From Balamuthia mandrillaris (taxonomy: Eukaryota): a DNA stretch of 64,000 nt. The stretch is taken from positions 1 to 64,000 of the forward strand of contig JAVKOQ020000086.1 of the NCBI GenBank assembly GCA_031835245.2, in the 5' to 3' direction. Position 1 is the first letter of the stretch, and each line of letters opens with the position of its first letter. Below the pieces are notes generated by a model. It had not been told where the DNA came from, made no database searches, and saw only the letters and a program-made list of their open reading frames with translations. Below are positions 56,846 to 64,000 of the stretch, in pieces. A program made the translations under genes and the position numbers.

Positions 56846-59020
56846 TTAGGATTGTTCTGTCTCTCCATCAGGCACTTTGTTTCTCTGGAAGAGAGGAGAG
56901 AGTACGTTGTGGCTAGGCTTCTCCTTTTTATCCAACCAATCCTGCAGCTGACCCTGTTATGTTATTTATTTTTGTTAGACCAATTTTGTTACGCAAATGG
57001 AGGAGAAAGAGGGAAGCAATAACACACCGAAGCAGCCAACAGCAAACCAACGAAGAGAGGGCAGGGTCTAGTGGGTCTTGTCATGAACTCGGGGTGGAAC
57101 TGAGTACCGACGAAGAAAGGATGGCCCTTCAGCTCCACGATCTCCGCTCTTTGGCCATTGTCTCCAAAACCAACGAAAGAGAGGCCAGCGTCCTGCAGGC
57201 TTTGAACGTACTTGGGGTTGACCTCGTAGCGGTGCCTGTGGCGCTCATCCACGTAGTCTGTCCGTTGGTAGAGACGAGCAGAGAGGCAGTCGGGCGTGTT
57301 AAGTTCAGTTCTTCTCTTGCCTAGGCGCATAGTGCCTCCCATGTGTGTCTTGGATACCTCCGGCATGTAGAATATAAGGTCCGAGTAATCATCCACCTCC
57401 TTCTTTTTCTGTTGCTGCTCTTCTGTAGGAGTTGAAGAAACGCAAGAAGAGGAGCCTTCTTGTTTTAGAGCGGTAAACTCCTCGCTGCTGGCATTCTCCC
57501 ATCCGACGATGTGGCGAGCATACTCGACGACTGCGATTTGCATGCCAAGACAAATGCCCAGATAAGGCACCTTGTGCTCTCGGGCGTACCGGGCAGCAAT
57601 AATCATGCCTTCGGTGCCACGATCTCCAAATCCACCAGGCACTAACACTCCGTCAGCGCCCTTCAACTTAGCCCATGCCTCCTCGTGGCGTTCACGTTCG
57701 TTGCTATCATGGGCGTATTGAGGTTCCAGATAGAGCGACTCAATCCAGTCGATGACGAGCTTGCGACTCGCTGACAGAGCCGCGTGCTGTAGTGCTTTGA
57801 TGACTGACAGATAAGAGTCGGTTAGGCCGGTGTACTTGCCTACCATCGCTATGTGTACTTGTTGGCTCAAATCACCAGCATTGAGCTGGTCAACCAGATC
57901 TGCCAGTTTGTTCCATTTGAGAAGCTTTGGGACTTTGCGTGGTGTGTACAGCTCCAATTTTTGCAGAATCTTCATTGGCACACCTATTATGTAAATTCCG
58001 TGTAAGAAGATATCTCCAATCGTCATGCCTCACCCCGCGTCTAAAAGAGGTGAAGGTTAGGTCACAAACCTTGGGCTTGCAATAACAGGGGTACTCGATA
58101 GAGGTTGGACACATCATGGACAGAGATGACATTGTCCTCAGCCACATGACAGAAGAAGCCCAGCTTTTGTCGCACATCTGGAGCCAAAGGTTGAGAGCTA
58201 CGGCAGACCACCAAGTCGGGGCTGAAGCCCAACGCTCTCAGCTCTCTGACAGAGGCCTGAGTTGGCTTGGTCTTTTGCTCTCCCACGGCGCCCACCACCG
58301 GCACCAAGCTCACATGAATGTGACAAAAATTGCCCTTGCCCACTCGGAACTGAAACTGTCTCATAGCCTCTATGAATGGACCTTGTTCTATGTCTCCAAC
58401 TATGTATTTGCGTGGTTAACAAAGTGAAAAATGAAGAAAGAAACAATAAGTGGGATAGAAAGAACGCACTAGTTCCTCCCAACTCAATGACACAGAGCTC
58501 AGGAGCTTGGCCGCTGCCATCCACGCAGAGAGCAGCCACTCGCTGGACCCAATCCTGAATGGCATTCGTGATGTGCGGCACCACCTGCACGGTCTTTCCC
58601 AGGTACTCTCCCTTGCGCTCCTTCTCGATGACGTGGTTGTAGATCTTGCCAGTGGTGATGTTGTGGTCGCGGGTGAGCGTTATGTCCATGAACCGCTCGT
58701 AGTTGCCCAAGTCCAAGTCGGCCTCACCGCCGTCATCCAACACGAACACTTCTCCGTGCTCAAATGGGGACATAGTTCCTGCATCAATGTCTGTGCAGTA
58801 AGGGGGGAGAGAAGGGAGTGTTAAGGCGACGGTCGTAGAGGCGGATGGAAACAAACTCCGGAGGGGGAAGGAGGAGGAAAAAAACGTCACTTATGTAAGG
58901 GTCAATCTTGATGGCAGTCACGTTGAAGCCCAAGGAGCGCATGATCATGCCGGTGCTGCTGGCCATCACGCCTTTGCCGAGTCCGCTCAGCACGCCGCCT
59001 GTTACCAAAACGTATTTCAT
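56846..59020 (-). CDS. CTPS: CTP synthase
   Basis: [73 protein letters not shown]. Confidence 0.98.
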
Positions 59021-59695
59021 GTCTTTTGTTTTCCCTTTCGTGTTTTTAACTTTTCTCTCTTTCTCGACTATCTGACAGGGGCAGCGCTGGCGAGTGCGAG
59101 TGTGAGGGCCACGGCCGTCGTCTGCGCTTTTTCTTTTCTTCTTTTCTTCTTTTTTTCTTTTCTTTCTTTTCTTTTTATTTTATTTTTTATTTTTTTTGGT
59201 TTGGCGTTGCTTCGATCTCGTATCTCGAATCTGATCAACCTCTTAGAAGCATTATACTAGAGGTAATAGGGTTATGTCGACAATAATTGAATAATTGCAA
59301 TTTCGGCACGATCGAGGGTTCGGAGGGATTCATTAATTCGTACCCCTTGTGGCCAATCACAGAGTAGCACCATTCTATGATTGTTGGGTTGCACTTCCGA
59401 GAACGCAATATTTCCCCCCGAAGTTCTCATTGGTTACGGTATCTTATATGAACCTGGTTACCTTGAATTGCACCTTTTTTCTCCTTTTTTTCGTTGAAGT
59501 TGTTCTTATAAAGCTGTATAGCAAAAATTTTTCGGTTTTATTCTCTTTTTTTCTTCGTTCAAGTAAAAACACACCACAAACAACCTCAGCTGAAACTCCC
59601 CCTTTGTCTTGCCCAAAGGAGTTCATACACAGCCTTTTTGTACATTCACCTACAGGGGATCTGAAGCTTTTTTTTGTACTTAAAAAAAAATAACA

Positions 59696-61159
59696 ATGGC
59701 CTTCTCCCCTGTTTATATTGCACTCCTGGCCTTCTTCTTGGGATGTGCCTTTGCCCAGGAGAACATCACCTATTCCGACAGCGGTGTCTGCGGAGGAGGT
59801 AACTGTCTGGACGGTATGCAGGTCTCCGTGACCGCTGTCAGGCTGACCGCCTGCATGAGCCGCGTTACCTTCACCTTTACTCCGCCCGCTGGAGGATGCT
59901 CTATCTCCCATGCGCTGTTTCCTGTGCCCAAGGCCGGATACCTGGTTCCCAATGAGGACCTTTCGTCCACCCGGTGCAATCTAACCCCTGAGAGCGTTGA
60001 TAAAGACGGTAAATCCTGCCCACTTTGGTTTTTTAAACATCCTGTTCTGACCTTGTATCCTGAAAACAAAAAAAAAATAGACAACAGCATCGGAAAAAAC
60101 TGTAAGGCGCAACAGGACTACATCGCCACCTCCCCCTACAACTACATGAAAATTAACTTTGGCTGCGAGGGCACCGCGGACCTCTCCATGGACATCATGA
60201 GCACTGGCATGAACTTTGGAGAGATCGTGATCAAGGCCGGACAGGCATGCGAGCTCTGCAGCGTCTCTGCCCCCATCCCCATGATCGACGTCACCTGCGA
60301 TGACGCCTTCGGGGACTGCGATGATGACGACCCTTGCACCGTGGACTCCTGCGCCTCCGTCAACGGTTGCCAAAAAGTCTGCCAACATGACCGCATTCCC
60401 AACTGTGGGGTCTGCGTGGATGAAGTGGACTGCGCCGATCAGAACTCCAGGGAAATCAACCCGTGCGCCTACTGGCGATGCAGCAACACCACCGGCACCT
60501 GCGAGCAGGCCTTTACTCCAGGCTGCCTGCCTTGCTCTGACTCCGAGTGTGTCAGCCCCTACGGTGACAGCGACAAGGACTGCCGCAAGATGAAGTGCGG
60601 CGAGAGCGGCAAGTGCGAGACCTACGTCGACCAGTCCTGTTGCGAGGACGGATGGGACGGCTCTGGGTGCCTCAGTTGCGTTACCCGCGTTGGCTGCGTC
60701 TACTACACCGAAGAGGAATACTGTTCCATTCCTTCTGAGGAGCTTGACTTTATCCCTGGCGCCTCCTCATGGGGCTCCTTCAGCGACTCTGGCTCTTTCA
60801 ACTGGACCACCGAATGCCCACCTGGCACAGATGGATGGGTTGGCGATGGTGAAGGAAAGTCCGACGGTGGCGACGACGATGACACCGTGGCCAAGGGTGT
60901 CGGTGGGGCCCTCGGCGCTGTCGGTGGCTTGCTTGCCATCGGAGGAATTGCAGCGGCTGCTGCTGTGTACACCATCCAGAAGGCCAAGGAGAGGGGCATC
61001 GCCAAGCGTTTGGAGATGGTGGGCTTCTCTTCCGAGGAGCAGGCCTTTATCATGAACAACGAAATGTTTGACGCCGGAGGCATGAGCGGCGAGAATCCCT
61101 TCTTCATCAGCCGCGGCGACGGTGGTGCCATGACCCTCGTTCCGAACTCTGGCGCCTAA
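59696..61159 (+). CDS. Type I membrane protein with Cys-rich ectodomain, GxxxG-rich TM and NPxF-type tail
   Basis: Signal peptide; CDDDDPCTVDSC (Dictyostelium CTDC-like repeat); TM GVGGALGAVGGLLAIGGIAAAAAVY; tail NNEMF..GENPFF; probable in-frame intron 60009-60080. Confidence 0.85.
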   Translation: MAFSPVYIALLAFFLGCAFAQENITYSDSGVCGGGNCLDGMQVSVTAVRLTACMSRVTFTFTPPAGGCSISHALFPVPKAGYLVPNEDLSSTRCNLTPESVDKDGKSCPLWFFKHPVLTLYPENKKKIDNSIGKNCKAQQDYIATSPYNYMKINFGCEGTADLSMDIMSTGMNFGEIVIKAGQACELCSVSAPIPMIDVTCDDAFGDCDDDDPCTVDSCASVNGCQKVCQHDRIPNCGVCVDEVDCADQNSREINPCAYWRCSNTTGTCEQAFTPGCLPCSDSECVSPYGDSDKDCRKMKCGESGKCETYVDQSCCEDGWDGSGCLSCVTRVGCVYYTEEEYCSIPSEELDFIPGASSWGSFSDSGSFNWTTECPPGTDGWVGDGEGKSDGGDDDDTVAKGVGGALGAVGGLLAIGGIAAAAAVYTIQKAKERGIAKRLEMVGFSSEEQAFIMNNEMFDAGGMSGENPFFISRGDGGAMTLVPNSGA

Positions 61160-61502
61160 AACCAACAGGCCACAGAGCCTTTGGGTGCTTCTCACCCTTT
61201 TCCCCCTGCTGCAGGACGCACGTGCTGTATTCTTTAATTCTTTTATTATGGGAATTTTTTGTTGATTTTATTGGAATTTTATTGTAAAAATAAATAATCG
61301 TCGACATAAGTCGGCAAATAAGTTATTGATCGATACGTTCATCTATGACGTCATCCAAATGAGATCCACAAACGCCAAAGAAGAAAAAATCATCAGAAGA
61401 AGAAGAGAGAAGAAAAGAGGCTTTCGCCTGCCTGATCGAAGCCACCAGCTTGCCGATACTTTTTCCCCCCTTCCTTCCTTGGTTTTCTGTTGATGCTGTA
61501 AA

Positions 61503-63619
61503 ATGGGAGACTCTGACGTGAAGGACATACTCGGTATGGCCCGAACACCCAAGAAATCCTCGGGGCGTGCCGCCAGCTCCCGCAGGACCCCCACCAAAGC
61601 CAAAAGACCTGATGGCATGAGCAGGGAGGTCTTTGCGCTCACCGGGGGAGTGTCAGTGCCCTTGGCACCCACCACTTCCCCCATGGCCAAAGGTCTCAAG
61701 GAAAAACGAAAGACTGGCAAAAAAGTTTCATGGTGGGTAGCGTTTTTTTTTTGTTTGGTTGGAATCTCTGTTCTCTTCTCATCACTTTTTCTCGTAACAA
61801 AAAAAAAGGGTATGGCGACCCTTTACAAACTCGGCACGGGAGGATGGGGCTGTATTTTATCATTGGGTCAAAGCGAGTGACAAAGAAGAAGGTTTGTTGT
61901 GTCGAAGTTTTCGTCCATTTGCTGTTTTGCTGTGAAGTGCGGAGTGGCTCAATAGTTCATCGTGGAACTGACTTTTTTTTGTTGCTTGTCATCTCTATTT
62001 ACGTTGTGTCTGTTGTAAGACTACTACTATGCCAGATTCAACAAGAAGGTGCCGCAGTACCGATACACTCCTCAAGAGTACGACCTCTATTTTAAGTGTA
62101 TGTACTTCCGCTTACTTCCTTGTAGCTTGGTGAAGCTCATGTTTGCTCTTTTCATCTGTCTTCTCTCGCCTCTCTCTCTCTCTCTCTCATATTCACAAAA
62201 CTGCAGCGGATGACTGGACAAAAGAGGAGACAGACATGCTGTTAGACTTGTGCGAGCGCTTCGATCAGCGGTTCATCGTCATCGCAGACCGTTTTCCCGA
62301 GTTTAAAAAGAATGACGAGAAAACAGAAGCGGCGAAACAGAAGACCAGCGAAGAGGCAAACACCCGAAAGGAAATGGAGGAAGAGAAAGAGGAAGAGGAA
62401 AATGAAAACGAGGAAGGCAGGAACGCAAGCACTAGGTCAACTGGTCGCAGCGTCGAGGACCTCAAAGCTCGTTATTACACGGTGCAAAAAAAGCTGGTAG
62501 AGTTGCGGCTGGCAGGCAAGCCAGAGCTCAATGAACATCCTCTCCTGAAGCTCCCTTATGACAAAGACCATGAGGTCAAGAGAAAGCAGCAATATGAGCG
62601 TCTGCACGCGCGTACAAAAGAGCAAGTGGCTGAGGAGGAGAGCCTTGCCGAAGCTTGCAAGCTCATTGAAAAGTATCGCAGCAAGGATGCTAAAGGCAAG
62701 GAGGAGGTACAAAAGCTTGCCAACTCGGTTTTATTGGGCATTCCTCTGCCTTCGGTACTATCCACTCTTACTTTCTTTTCACATCGACTTGTCTCTAATT
62801 TTTTCTTGTTCTTGTTCCTTCAAAAATACAGCAAAAGAAATCACGACGGTCTTCTCTTGGGTCCACACAACGAGCTGGTGTATCTTTGGCATCACGCTCT
62901 GCGAATTCGTTGACCGTCAGCACGCGCACTGCCCATAAAGTTGATCTCATTCTAAAGGAGCTTGACATTGGTACTTCCCTTCCTCCCTTCCCTCCCTCCC
63001 TTCCCTCTGTGATAACCATCTCACACGCGATCTCCCAACAGAACAACAACCGCTACCAACATTAGCTGTGTGTGAAGCGTTTAATCAACTGCGACAGGAT
63101 ATAGTTGTATTGATAGACTTACAGAAGCACATGCAACGCAAAGAGTACGAGTGGCGTTTGCTGCAGGAGCAGAAGAAACAACTATCAGAGCAGGTTGGTT
63201 TACTTTTTTTTTTAAAAAAAGAAAAACTGTTTTATCGGCTGCTTGTTTGACTCTTTCTCTGTTCGCTCTTGTAGAAACAAAAGGTTGCGGCTATAGCAAA
63301 AGAGCAGCTTCCACCGCGCGAGTATGCCAAGTTGGAGGCAATGTTGTCAGCTCAGCAGAACGGCAACGGCCTCCATCGTCAAGACAAAGAGAGAGGCCAA
63401 CAACGGCGAAAGAGAAGGGTGGCTGATGGCTCACCCGCTCCAGAGCGAAGCAGAAAGAGACAAACAAAAGAAGATGACCACAAAGGAAAGGCTAAAGCGG
63501 AACAAGTGGATAACGATGCTATCGATGACAACAAACTTCAACGAAAACAGGAAGCGATGGATGAAGCAGAGAAGTCGCCGCGAAAGGGCAAAGACGAGGA
63601 TGCGGAAGCAAATATGTAA
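61503..63619 (+). CDS. DMAP1: DMAP1/SWC4/EAF2 (NuA4 and SWR1 subunit)
   Basis: DVKDILG, KRPDGMSREVFALTG, WRPFTNSAR.DG..F.HW, WTKEETDMLLDLCERFDQRFIVIADR, RSVEDLKARYY. Confidence 0.95.
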
Positions 63620-63660
63620 ATATCGATTTAGTACAACGAACACGAAGAAAGAGAGATAAG

Positions 63661-63918
63661 TTATTGCCAGTAAGCAGACCAACGCTTGAGAGCATCTACT
63701 TCTTCCGCGGATAGTTCGGGATGCCACAGGTCCACTATCAGAACTATCCTGTAGCCCTCTCCCTGATGCCGCACTTGATGCTCGAAGCTATCATCGAATA
63801 GAATGCACTGCCCTTCCTTCCAGCTGCGCGCCTCTCCAGCCACCTCCACGTAACAGTCTTTGGGTGGCACCACCAAACCCAAATGTGCTCTTAGCCTCAA
63901 GTTTGCTGGTCCATAGTG
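63661..63918 (-). CDS. Aspartyl/asparaginyl beta-hydroxylase domain protein, last exon (gene continues beyond the window)
   Basis: HYGPANLRLRAHLGLVVP..WKEGQCILFDDSFEHQV..RIVLIVDLWHPEL. Confidence 0.93.
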   Translation of the reverse strand, partial: HYGPANLRLRAHLGLVVPPKDCYVEVAGEARSWKEGQCILFDDSFEHQVRHQGEGYRIVLIVDLWHPELSAEEVDALKRWSAYWQ

Positions 63919-64000
63919 CTGCATTGAGAGAGAGTGAGAGGATGGGAGAATGAGAGAACGCTTCCAAAAGAACAAGGAGGTAAAGAACATACAGGACGAA

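Overview
Eukaryotic, intron-rich genomic DNA, most likely from an amoebozoan protist (talin, coactosin-like ADF-H protein, an LRR-GBD/FH3-RasGEF and a Dictyostelium-type Cys-rich receptor); the species cannot be fixed from sequence alone. The window has two parts. (1) About 1-14 kb is an accessory zone of mobile and decayed DNA: a decayed non-LTR RT, a Tc1/IS630-like scrap, two related solo LTRs, and a deletion-scarred chromodomain Ty3/Gypsy element inserted (TSD TCCT) into a V-ATPase subunit B gene fragment. It also holds a broken piggyBac-family transposon with a 73-nt tRNA-like module in its right end, and an intronless P-loop NTPase plus Mrr-like restriction endonuclease gene (Crinkler/RHS-like architecture) whose upstream region shares a ~50-bp motif with the transposon end. 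(2) About 14-64 kb is compact and gene-dense: COG8 (apparently C>T eroded toward the TE zone), an STYXL1-like pseudophosphatase, OSTC, DHX33, an ELAV-like RRM protein, talin, RhoGEF, LRR-GBD/FH3-4xUbl-RasGEF, a coactosin-like gene, MCM3, HAS1/DDX18, PP2C, CTP synthase, a Sib/integrin-beta-like receptor, DMAP1, an Asp/Asn beta-hydroxylase and a few orphans. Two near-identical C/D box snoRNAs sit in introns of two unrelated genes. Coordinates of spliced genes are gene spans read by eye; no database searches were run.
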